Shown: positions 56,601 to 64,000 of the stretch, one piece after another
Layout of the letters: every line of letters starts with the position of its first letter
Numbering within the stretch: the first letter of the stretch is position 1
Source of the DNA: a virus
Length of the DNA stretch: 64,000 bases
Direction: 5' to 3' (one strand)
Virus record (IMG/VR): IMGVR_UViG_3300048839_000424
Coordinates: 1-64,000 of that record
The notes under the pieces: model-generated
Told to the model about the DNA's origin: nothing
The model's database searches: none
The model's input: only the letters and a program-made list of their open reading frames with translations
Position numbers and translations under genes: made by a program

Positions 56601-58452
56601 TCCGATTCCTCCACCGGCTTACTGTCCTCGATGTGGTTCAGACAAGATTGGAGACCTTCACACGTTGACGGCGTTGGCTTTCTACGGTGAAGACAAGGCA
56701 AGTACGAAGGAATTCAAGCAGCTAAGACAGAACGCCAAGAGCGCAAACTTTGCGCTGGCATATGGAGGAGGCCCTTCCGCATTGATGAGGGCTACTGGTT
56801 GTGATGAGAACGAGGGTGCAAGGCACCATAGAACGTTCAATCAGACCTACTCGGTACTAAAACAATGGTGGGATGACACGAAGTCTTTTGCCAAGAGACA
56901 TGGATATGTAGCGACGGCCTTTGGTCGTCAGTATCCGTTACCTGACATCAAGTTGCCTATCACACCGGCTGAAGAACCGGACCCACAGAAGCGGGAGATG
57001 AATCGTAAGTTTCGAGCGAAAGCGGAACGAAACGCTACGAATGGCCCGATTCAGGGTTGTATCCATCCTGAAGAGCGTATCCTAACATCACTAGGGTTCC
57101 TACCCATTGAGGAGCTTGATCGTCTAGGTCAGTCTTTTATGGTGTGGACTGGAAAATCCTGGTCAGAGGGACGGGTGTTCTCGTCTGGTCTGAAAGAGGT
57201 CCGCAAAACAACACTGGATTCTGGGCGTGAGCTAAAAACTAGCCCTGACCATAGATTCCTAACTTGGCAGAGAGGTGTTTTAGGGTGGACCCCTCAAAGT
57301 GAGCTATCCACGGGGGACTGGGTTGCTATCAATTCGAAGGACATTAGTCTCCTACTAGGAGATGGTAGTGAAAAATCACTATGGCTTGGTTGTGGTGACA
57401 CGGCCCCACCTGAATTAATCAAGTGTGTAGGGGAGGTGGTCAGAGCGTCCTCTATTTGGGCTACCCTAACAGCACCAGAAAAGTCAGCGGTGTCTAGGCT
57501 CATGGTGGGGTCTGGAAGCAAGCCTCAATGTGTAAAATACCTGAGTCGAGTACCTGAATCCGAGGCCCCTGCATTCTTGTGGGATTACCTGGAATACGAT
57601 TGGGAGAGAGTGACCACCCTTGAAAATCTCGAAGAACAGGTCGGGATGTTTGATATCGAAGTGTTCGACAAGGAGCACGCTTTTGTAGCTAACGGTGTCG
57701 TAGTCCATAACTGTTCAGCGGACCTGACGAAATTGGCAATGGGTCTGATCTACAAAGAGGTCAAGAAACGCGACTGGTTCGAGAAGGTCCATATGATCAT
57801 TTCGATCCATGACGAGTTGGTGTTCGAGATTGATAAGGACATCTTGGCGGAGGCGCTAGAGGTCTTTCAGGACATCATGACTCGTAACAAGGCGGTTCTA
57901 CAACTCAAGTGGCCCGTGCCTTTGACTACCGATTGTGAGATCGGGTATGACTGGACCGTCAAATGGAATCTCAAGGACTTTCAAGCCCGTCGAGTTCGTT
58001 CTGATGGTGTTCAAGTCGATGAGAAGGGGAAGCCCGATGGCAAAGTGTGGCCTGAAGAGTTCATTCGTATCTTCGGAAGTCGATATGGCTTCGCAGATTT
58101 GCCTATAACGGATAGTAATACTAAGCAGGATGAAGAAAGCACGTCCAACATACAAGCCTCTCAAGAGCCCACGGCGCCCTATCAAGAGTCCAAAGGCGTA
58201 ACCCCTAGCGTAGCACCCCTCCAAGTGGAGAAGCCACAGCGAGGCGACAGCTACGTTTTCCAGTTACGGACTTTGAGCATTGGTGTTGCCGATAGACTCG
58301 CCCAAGTCATTGTTCAATGTGAGGGTCGAGGTACAAATCTGTTGGAGATTCGCACTCCGACGGGAGAAATTATTGCTCCTGGGCCAGAGAAGATCTACGT
58401 GAACCCGTTGGAGTTCGCAACGGTTGCTAAAATCCACGGTTTGTTAGGGTAG
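53680..58452 (+). CDS. polA: Family A DNA polymerase (3'-5' exonuclease + polymerase) with two inteins
   Basis: IDLETTG, HARFD and YAASD (exo); TDTGR; motif A |CDFGGVELR; motif B RQNAKSANFALAYG; NGPIQG|CSAD; motif C IHDELVFE; spliced product about 944 aa. Confidence 0.95.
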   Translation: MEDFLNWSEEERRPKVQKKPWMDHKKMVLGTVDNLDDIIDECIKSGRYAIDLETTGLNKNSYQVTITEGRTKDQIVGVCLSPDGNVGYYLPIRHRKGEEHNIPVSRVERALRKLVESNSVATFHHARFDQEFLQFSGGNNPIGTWDDPKKWDDTLILTYLINTREHNKGLKHQSKVQLGFEMIEIDELFPEDHKGGYDFSELDPSWEPVLWYAASDAICTYCLYEKISPIVLKGTSERKAQDQVYLLEKMCLPATRWMERVGINIDQNVVIDLIRLGQKEFFTCLEETYDFLNANLGRKVEPGWFSLLRAKKNLDDVDFNISDQIEEFRKEAKREGMDALDEKGHYLVLKQHNGEWPEKYDILSRPQLGPLFEELEIPDLARTEKSGQVKTTQDEIDRLFQKFGDQYPFLPKIKRLGELQKALGTYLISLRRDVGPDGCLHPYYNQLGTDTGRYTTPSSDKPQLDGGTSFPVHGTPATYDTSRPACLLGIRKAVKARKGKVLAACFAEGSLVSTKRGLIPVEQVEDTDEVLTEDGWKTVSWAGYTGDKNTIAIQTQKGFELQVTEDHLILIAGEKGFSWKEAKDLQSGDWVVQVSGHPIGQSDKLPETPWSSKTISVVQEKRYPLKTPSYMTEGLAEFLGRFMGDGSISHDNESPVSVNIALGLDVNELLPSLNRTAKALFDREFVHKGRGDVTISSRVLARWLCLITNKNKDVTELEVPQAILRGGENHTAAFLRGLFDADGSIKNRKGDNITLWVTSTKMSQQVQLMLLHQGIQVRRVSCSRITNFGSIQGWEISISGIKNLDRFKERIGFLTPRKTERLNRLLASGRNRDMSEFFPLSLAKQAVICPRNEKTRRVFTNGRRKNRVSRHLLNAALHHQEDLNMEWMHLLLDGPLLFDTVVHTSQVGIQKVYDVTVPEGQKLQVNGLLAHNCDFGGVELRIATNLSREPKWMKEYFHCSSCDLIFDNGDGESTPIPPPAYCPRCGSDKIGDLHTLTALAFYGEDKASTKEFKQLRQNAKSANFALAYGGGPSALMRATGCDENEGARHHRTFNQTYSVLKQWWDDTKSFAKRHGYVATAFGRQYPLPDIKLPITPAEEPDPQKREMNRKFRAKAERNATNGPIQGCIHPEERILTSLGFLPIEELDRLGQSFMVWTGKSWSEGRVFSSGLKEVRKTTLDSGRELKTSPDHRFLTWQRGVLGWTPQSELSTGDWVAINSKDISLLLGDGSEKSLWLGCGDTAPPELIKCVGEVVRASSIWATLTAPEKSAVSRLMVGSGSKPQCVKYLSRVPESEAPAFLWDYLEYDWERVTTLENLEEQVGMFDIEVFDKEHAFVANGVVVHNCSADLTKLAMGLIYKEVKKRDWFEKVHMIISIHDELVFEIDKDILAEALEVFQDIMTRNKAVLQLKWPVPLTTDCEIGYDWTVKWNLKDFQARRVRSDGVQVDEKGKPDGKVWPEEFIRIFGSRYGFADLPITDSNTKQDEESTSNIQASQEPTAPYQESKGVTPSVAPLQVEKPQRGDSYVFQLRTLSIGVADRLAQVIVQCEGRGTNLLEIRTPTGEIIAPGPEKIYVNPLEFATVAKIHGLLG
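55192..56475 (+). mobile_element. Intein 3 (428 aa) at Pol motif A, with intact-looking LAGLIDADG endonuclease
   Basis: CFAEGSLV..VTEDH...GLLAHN|C; FLGRFMGDG and FLRGLFDADG. Confidence 0.93.
57058..57711 (+). mobile_element. Intein 4 (218 aa), endonuclease-less mini-intein at NxPIQG
   Basis: CIHPEERI..TSPDHR...GVVVHN|C; no LAGLIDADG blocks. Confidence 0.9.
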
Positions 58453-58463
58453 GGTGTTAGTAC

Positions 58464-59480
58464 GTGAGCAAGCCTAAAAAGAGTCTCCCCACCATCCAAG
58501 AGCATGTGATGGGGATGATAAAAAAGGACAAGTTCGATTCATTGCAGATCTGTAATGATCCTCGGACTCCGTTCTACATGGACAATGCGAAGTTCACCCA
58601 GACGTTTTGCCGCCGATGTCGCAACGAGGAATGTATTCGAGCCGGTGGTGCGCAAACCCCTTGGCATTGGCGCATGGAGAACCAACCCGAGTATCTACTC
58701 AACAACCCCATTTTTTCCGACATGGGGACGGATGAACATAAGCGGTTGGCTGAAATGGCATTCAAGCTCATTAATGACAAGATGCAGAGGATTGAGATTC
58801 AGTCTCAAACCTGGGAGCCATTAGACCAGATTGACCTGCCCTCGGATGGTATTGACCGAGTTTCCTCACCTGCTGTCACGGATGAATTCGATGAAGCCGC
58901 CAAGGTTTTGTCGAAAGCCAAGGGGAAGAAAGTCAAGGAGTTCCCCAAACCACAGGAGTCTACGCAGGAAAAGCCCGCGAACTTTATCGAAGCCCCACCT
59001 GACGTATCAACCCCATCCGAAGATAACAATCCTCCAGAAGAGGAAAGTGATGAGGGTGTTTTATTCGAGACTCCATTCGTATCGAAGGATGGAAAAACGA
59101 CGTACCGGGTATGGTTGGACAAGGATAGCTATTGGCATTGTACATGTGAGGGGTTCAAACATAAGGGCACCTGTTACCATGTCGTTGAGACCGATGCCTG
59201 GTTGAAAAAGCAGAGTCAAGAAGCAGAGGAGAGAGAACGAGAGGCGGAGCGAGTTCGGAATCTCCCACCTCCACCACAACCGAAACCCGTGAATCCTTCG
59301 ACCCTGAATACACCTCCGCCCACGGCTGGCGTGATGATTGGAGGGGGGACACCACCACCCACGGCAAGTCGATTGCCTCCTGCACGGGTTATCCCCGCTG
59401 TTGACGACCCTTGGTCAGCCCCCAAGGAAAAAGTCGTAAAACCCGGTGCTAAAATCATCGTAGGTAAAAAAGATGACTAA
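58464..59480 (+). CDS. SWIM zinc-finger-containing protein with acidic and Pro-rich regions
   Basis: TYRV..WHCTCEGF..TCYH; N-terminal C..CRRC...C. Confidence 0.75.
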   Translation: MSKPKKSLPTIQEHVMGMIKKDKFDSLQICNDPRTPFYMDNAKFTQTFCRRCRNEECIRAGGAQTPWHWRMENQPEYLLNNPIFSDMGTDEHKRLAEMAFKLINDKMQRIEIQSQTWEPLDQIDLPSDGIDRVSSPAVTDEFDEAAKVLSKAKGKKVKEFPKPQESTQEKPANFIEAPPDVSTPSEDNNPPEEESDEGVLFETPFVSKDGKTTYRVWLDKDSYWHCTCEGFKHKGTCYHVVETDAWLKKQSQEAEEREREAERVRNLPPPPQPKPVNPSTLNTPPPTAGVMIGGGTPPPTASRLPPARVIPAVDDPWSAPKEKVVKPGAKIIVGKKDD

Positions 59481-60492
59481 AGACGAGCTACTGTCTCATC
59501 CTGCCATTGGTCTTGTACTTCGAGACATTCGAGAGGGTCGCCTAGACCTGAAACATGCCTTAGAAGAAATATCCAAGGTTCTCCCGGTTGAAGTAGATGC
59601 CGTCGAGAAGGTCTTGATGGAGTTGTTCTCGGAGTTGAAGCAAGACCTAGTTCTCTACACAGAGGACAGCGATAATCGTCTCCAGGAGTTGGGTCTTACG
59701 AAGGAAGACCTTGTATTCCAACCCGACCCAGACCGGGACACGATCATGCTGAACCCGATGTTCCAGGCTTTGCTCGTGGAGATTCTTCAGTTCGATGGGG
59801 ATATCCCAGAGCTTCGCACAGGGGACTTACCAGAAGGAGCAACGCCAGCGGTTCCGGTTCATTCGAGTTCGGTGACCAACCCCGTTCTTCTTGGAGAAAT
59901 GTTGAAAAGGGCGTCTTCGACCGTCCATGAAAAACTCAACGAGGCTCGATTAAAGATCCTCACGTCAATCAACGACGTGTCCGAGAACACGGCCTTGACG
60001 CCCTATGAGAAAAAACAAGAGCTAGCTCGGTTGGTTAGCACCCCCGTGAGTATACCTGGGTACGAACCTGGAAAGCTGGCCAAGCCGGTCACGGTAACTG
60101 TCGCTCCAATGGAGGTCGAGAGTTTGTCAGACAGGGACAAGCAAGACTTAGCACACAAGGCGTTGACCAGCACGCAGGGGCGAAGATCATCGGTTTCAAC
60201 GATTGAGACGCTTGTGATGGAGGAACTTTTGAGAGAGGGGTTCCAAGGGGTGTCCGTTGGCCCCGTGAAGAACCCTTTGATTCGTACTGAATGGAGTACG
60301 TCGATTGATGGAGGGAGTCGAGAAATTAACCCGAAGTTCTCGTACATCCAAGTAGCGGCTCGGTCCTTGGCTCGCCAGATTAAAAATGAGATTGCAGGTA
60401 AGGCTGGGAGATATTCTCACTTGAGCCTATCCGTGCGGCCTTTGAACACGGTCAGTGAAAGTAGAGTTGGGTTTGTAGCGGAATTGGAGTAA
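59473..60492 (+). CDS. Hypothetical protein
   Basis: 339-aa ORF overlapping the previous stop. Confidence 0.7.
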   Translation: MTKDELLSHPAIGLVLRDIREGRLDLKHALEEISKVLPVEVDAVEKVLMELFSELKQDLVLYTEDSDNRLQELGLTKEDLVFQPDPDRDTIMLNPMFQALLVEILQFDGDIPELRTGDLPEGATPAVPVHSSSVTNPVLLGEMLKRASSTVHEKLNEARLKILTSINDVSENTALTPYEKKQELARLVSTPVSIPGYEPGKLAKPVTVTVAPMEVESLSDRDKQDLAHKALTSTQGRRSSVSTIETLVMEELLREGFQGVSVGPVKNPLIRTEWSTSIDGGSREINPKFSYIQVAARSLARQIKNEIAGKAGRYSHLSLSVRPLNTVSESRVGFVAELE

Positions 60493-60501
60493 TACGGATA
60501 C

Positions 60502-60825
60502 ATGCTGACCATTAATTCGTTGTTCAAGCTCAACACGGTGTTTAGTCAGGCGGTTCAGGAGGATGACGAGTGGTTCGTCATCATGACCGTTGAGAAGTAT
60601 GCGGAGAAAGCTCGTGCTTTGTTGCTGTCCCTTCCTAATGCGATGCTTGGGGGTAGAACGGCTTTGCTCCGAAACGGGACCAGGGTGTCTGTGGTAACGT
60701 TAGATACGGACCTGAAGCCCGATGGTAAGAGCGTGATGTTTTTTGGGCTGGAGGAGGAAATGCTCTCCCCTTCCTTCGAGGAAAAAGCTCTTGTGTGGAG
60801 AAAGTCCGCACGTAAGATTCTATGA
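60502..60825 (+). CDS. Hypothetical protein
   Basis: 107 aa, tightly packed. Confidence 0.55.
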   Translation: MLTINSLFKLNTVFSQAVQEDDEWFVIMTVEKYAEKARALLLSLPNAMLGGRTALLRNGTRVSVVTLDTDLKPDGKSVMFFGLEEEMLSPSFEEKALVWRKSARKIL

Positions 60826-61250
60826 AGACTCAGTACACATTCGTGATTTCCGGGGGTGATCCTTTGACGTTACAGTTGAGGGGGTGTCCACCTATGCGAT
60901 ATGAGGGTCCGGGGTCTACGGTGTTCCATGTCATTTGCACGCGGGAGGAAGCTCTTCATGTTGAGATGACTTTCAAGGAAGCCCACTGCAAGGTCGTTGT
61001 CCATACGCATGGGGAGACGGTCGAGCAGAAACAAATGAGGGTCAATCTTCTTGCATTACAGGGGGAGAACAGTTTTCCGACGAAAGACTGTCCCTCTTGC
61101 CCTTGGTTTGATCCCGAGATTTCAGGTCTCTGTGGGGCTGGTAAGACTGGGAGTGAGCAATACTCCGAAGCTGTGATTAAACATCAAATGAAGTCGGAGC
61201 GATTTAAGGACGCCTACAACAACTGCACATGGGACACGAAATCAAACTGA
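60822..61250 (+). CDS. Hypothetical Cys-containing protein
   Basis: 142 aa, ATGA overlap, CPSCPW..C motif. Confidence 0.55.
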   Translation: MKTQYTFVISGGDPLTLQLRGCPPMRYEGPGSTVFHVICTREEALHVEMTFKEAHCKVVVHTHGETVEQKQMRVNLLALQGENSFPTKDCPSCPWFDPEISGLCGAGKTGSEQYSEAVIKHQMKSERFKDAYNNCTWDTKSN

Positions 61251-62032
61251 CGCCCGCATTGGAGGGCCTGAAGGGGATGGATTCTTCAGTAGGGCTCGTA
61301 GTTACGGACCCACCTTACAACACGTTGGAAAAGTGGCGTGCTGTAGGGACGACGACCAGGCTTACCAAGTCGGATGCAAGTTCGAATGAATGGTTCCCTA
61401 CAGTTGACTTCGACTATTTAAAGGACGTGTTTCGAGAGTGCTACCGGGTATTGAAGCCCAATACTCACATGTACATCCTGTGCGATGAGGAGACGGCGGA
61501 TCACCTAAAACCCATCGTAGACGAGATTGGATTCAAACGGAAGAAGTCCTTGATTTGGCACAAGGTCGGTAAAAAAACCGACGTTCACTGTCCAAAATGC
61601 GGCACTTTTGTTCACACGACGAACAGCCCCGGTGCTCCAGGTATGGGTTATCCGTATCGATCATCGTATGAGATGATTCTCCTGTTGGAGAAGGGGAAGC
61701 GCCCTATGCCTACGGATTTGAGCGTTCGGAATGTGTTGAGTTTCCCGTACCTGAAGGGAAAGTCGTACTACCCTACGGAGAAGCCGGTAGACATGTTGGA
61801 GGTGTTTATCACTCAGAGTTCCAATCCTGGAGATTTAGTTCTTGACCCGTTTGCTGGAAGTGGTTCGACTGGTGTAGCAGCATACAATTTGGGACGAGAA
61901 TTCCTTGGGTTTGACGTGCAGGAGAGAAGCCTGGAGTATTTTTCATCTCGGTTGGGTGAGGTGTCTCTAGTATCCGATACGGAGGATACCAAGAGTGAGC
62001 CCAGCGTCTTTGACCTGTTTGGGGATGAATGA
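61229..62032 (+). CDS. Intact beta-class N4/N6 DNA methyltransferase
   Basis: VVTDPPY, CYRVLKP, YPTEKP, VLDPFAGSGSTG, FLGFD; ends SVFDLFGDE. Confidence 0.92.
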   Translation: MGHEIKLTPALEGLKGMDSSVGLVVTDPPYNTLEKWRAVGTTTRLTKSDASSNEWFPTVDFDYLKDVFRECYRVLKPNTHMYILCDEETADHLKPIVDEIGFKRKKSLIWHKVGKKTDVHCPKCGTFVHTTNSPGAPGMGYPYRSSYEMILLLEKGKRPMPTDLSVRNVLSFPYLKGKSYYPTEKPVDMLEVFITQSSNPGDLVLDPFAGSGSTGVAAYNLGREFLGFDVQERSLEYFSSRLGEVSLVSDTEDTKSEPSVFDLFGDE

Positions 62033-62568
62033 TGGATGTATATCTAAAGGGGTTAGGTCTACAACAGACGGCGGAGTCCTTAAACACTTTTTACAGGGAG
62101 GATGATCGCACCGTAGATTTGATCTTAGTGACTAAACCACGTTCCTTCCAACTGACCACCATAAATGACTTCTCTCAAGTTGAGACAGTTCACATACCCT
62201 CTATCAAAATAGGTTTCAGATTATCCCGTGGGTTTTTAGTGCCTCAAGACGACCATCAGTGGATGGTTCTTGAAGCCTTGCATGAAATGGTGGCGAATTA
62301 TGGGATTTACTGTGACCCCAGGGCGTTCTCTAAAATCGAGGTTGCAATGGATTGGGGTAGTAGTACTACCCCTGTCCTTCGGTTTTTGCCGTTGGCAAAG
62401 CATCCGGTTTGCGACTCCTATGACTTTCACCCTGAACTAGAATGTCCGGGATGTGGGTCACAGTTTTACAACCCTGCTGATCCTGTACTATGGTTAGGTA
62501 CTCCAATTGGGTACGTTCATGAGAGGTGCGTTGGGAGTATACTGAGTGATGCTACACCCGGACGTTGA
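62029..62568 (+). CDS. Hypothetical protein with C-terminal Zn-binding motif
   Basis: 179 aa; CPGC...HERC. Confidence 0.55.
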   Translation: MMDVYLKGLGLQQTAESLNTFYREDDRTVDLILVTKPRSFQLTTINDFSQVETVHIPSIKIGFRLSRGFLVPQDDHQWMVLEALHEMVANYGIYCDPRAFSKIEVAMDWGSSTTPVLRFLPLAKHPVCDSYDFHPELECPGCGSQFYNPADPVLWLGTPIGYVHERCVGSILSDATPGR

Positions 62569-63016
62569 ACAGTGGATCGATGAAAATCCTCGTGAGGGAT
62601 TCGCGTTTAATAACATGCCTGACAGCTATCCTGTCAAGCAGTTGGTCATCAATTCCATCCTCAAGGGGTCAATACCCCAGATTTTGCTCCTGGAACTCAA
62701 TTACTTCATGAACGCCTATGAGCACTATCGAAAGGTAGGTGTAGACTGTTCGGAGGAGCTAGAGTCCTCAAAAGGGCTACGTCGCCCCTATGACCTCAAA
62801 ATTGTCGCTTGGAACCTCTACCGGAAGAATAGTGAGAAAGTCTTCCGCGTAGATTTCACTACCCCTCACGGTTGGAGTGGGTATTTTGACACGAACAATC
62901 CTTCAGTCTTGTCCAGACTCAAACAGGACACGGTGGTAACCATCATTGGGGAGATTGAGTCCGTCGTCACTCCCTACTATGTTGTACTAGGCGGGAAAAT
63001 TGGAGTATCGAAATGA
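62546..63016 (+). CDS. Hypothetical protein
   Basis: 156-aa ORF in the co-directional cluster. Confidence 0.6.
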   Translation: MMLHPDVEQWIDENPREGFAFNNMPDSYPVKQLVINSILKGSIPQILLLELNYFMNAYEHYRKVGVDCSEELESSKGLRRPYDLKIVAWNLYRKNSEKVFRVDFTTPHGWSGYFDTNNPSVLSRLKQDTVVTIIGEIESVVTPYYVVLGGKIGVSK

Positions 63017-63393
63017 CGGATACACTTGAAATAGATCATGCTGAACTGAGACGGATGCTTCTTACGGTCACAAATCAGCACCCTGAACTTCTCCTGACAG
63101 CGGTTGAAGTCTCGCAAGCACTCTCTGAGTTTGAGGTGCAACTTAATCAGAACCCTTTGACAAAGACCTATGCTGAAGCACAGCAAGGTAAAGGGGCCTA
63201 CTACACCGTAACCAGTCAAGGGAAGATTGAGATTCATAAAGCTGGTCGAAGAAAAAAGTCCAAGGTGGAATACGAGGATGTTCCGAAGACCGGACCTGAT
63301 GAGACTCAGACGCACCCGGATATTGAGACTCCCCCCAAGGGATTTTTTAAGACCGGAGACGCCTTGACCCAGCCCGAAGTCGTGTCTGACTAA
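63013..63393 (+). CDS. Hypothetical protein
   Basis: 126 aa, GGAG RBS, ATGA overlap. Confidence 0.6.
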   Translation: MTDTLEIDHAELRRMLLTVTNQHPELLLTAVEVSQALSEFEVQLNQNPLTKTYAEAQQGKGAYYTVTSQGKIEIHKAGRRKKSKVEYEDVPKTGPDETQTHPDIETPPKGFFKTGDALTQPEVVSD

Positions 63394-63434
63394 TTACGCT
63401 ATAACGCGGGTTAGTTAGAGGCGGTGGTAAAAAA

Positions 63435-63857
63435 ATGCCCTTTCCAAGATGTCAGCCGAAGCAAAAGAAGGTTCAGACGAAAGAACCTCCGATTAATTTC
63501 TGGATGACAGAAACGGGGGACAATATGTTGAAGGGTTGCTGTGGTGATGAGGAAAACCCCATCAAGCTCGGTGACTGCTTCATCGTCGATGCTTTGCAAA
63601 GAAACCCCAGGGCAAGATCGGATTTTTGTCTGCTTTACCCCACGCTCTCTGAATGTGAGAAAGAGCGGTTTGATGTCTTGATGCGGGATAATCCGCTGTT
63701 GTTCAAGATGATCACGGATTGTCAGTCGTTGACTGACAAGTTCCAATCCGCTCTCAACAAAACGCCTATTTATACGGCGGGACCACAGGGAGGGAGAAGA
63801 CTACCCATTGGATGCGCACCTCTCCCGGTCCATTTAAGAACGAAGGGGTGTTGCTAA
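63435..63857 (+). CDS. Hypothetical Cys-rich protein
   Basis: 140 aa, GAGG/GGTGG upstream. Confidence 0.55.
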   Translation: MPFPRCQPKQKKVQTKEPPINFWMTETGDNMLKGCCGDEENPIKLGDCFIVDALQRNPRARSDFCLLYPTLSECEKERFDVLMRDNPLLFKMITDCQSLTDKFQSALNKTPIYTAGPQGGRRLPIGCAPLPVHLRTKGCC

Positions 63858-64000
63858 TGAGTGAAAAATCTCCGCTACAATCGAAGAAGTTTTGGGCATA
63901 TCTTGTCAGTGAGGTCGGATTTTTCATCCTCATGGGCATGTTTATTCTCCGCGCTGACTTAAATACCATCGGAGCGAACCTGGCTTTCCAGATCTTATCT
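63857..64000 (+). CDS. Small membrane protein, possibly holin-like (3'-partial; not in the ORF track)
   Basis: TAATG overlap; MSEKSPLQSKKFWAYLVSEVGFFILMGMFIL..., an S(R/K)KFW-type start followed by a hydrophobic helix; runs off the window. Confidence 0.5.
   Translation, partial: MSEKSPLQSKKFWAYLVSEVGFFILMGMFILRADLNTIGANLAFQILS

Noticed and set aside
1-64000. tRNA, rRNA, diversity-generating retroelement, IS/transposase, integrase, restriction endonuclease partner for the MTases
   Set aside because: Intergenic gaps are mostly under 50 nt, and no RT, transposase, recombinase or PD-(D/E)xK motif was recognised by eye; a diverged nuclease among the hypotheticals cannot be excluded without HMM searches.

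Overview
This is a 64-kb internal fragment of a large (probably jumbo) myovirus-like dsDNA phage genome. It is densely coding and every credible gene is on the + strand. 1-30 kb is a baseplate/tail module: a baseplate J-like wedge, a tail-collar protein and six giant 1,000-1,900-aa virion proteins, two of them paralogous. It is followed by a holin-like membrane protein and a strong intrinsic terminator (~31.4 kb). 31.5-64 kb holds a GroEL-like chaperonin with no GroES in the window, an SNF2 helicase with two inteins, a degenerate DnaC-like loader, DnaB, an NAD-dependent ligase, a stand-alone primase Zn finger, a family-A DNA polymerase with two inteins, a nuclease, a kinase-like gene and many small hypotheticals. 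The most unusual signal is the DNA-methyltransferase complement. A beta-class amino-MTase appears split across three separately translated ORFs: a DPPY half (42270), a middle module (44433, with a second copy at 34294) and a SAM-binding half lacking DPPY (45042). MTases of two different classes end in the same peptide, DLNELFG, which differs only by synonymous changes; one copy is hidden out of frame behind an internally deleted MTase. No tRNA, rRNA or CRISPR array was seen. All calls come from motif reading only; no database searches were run.
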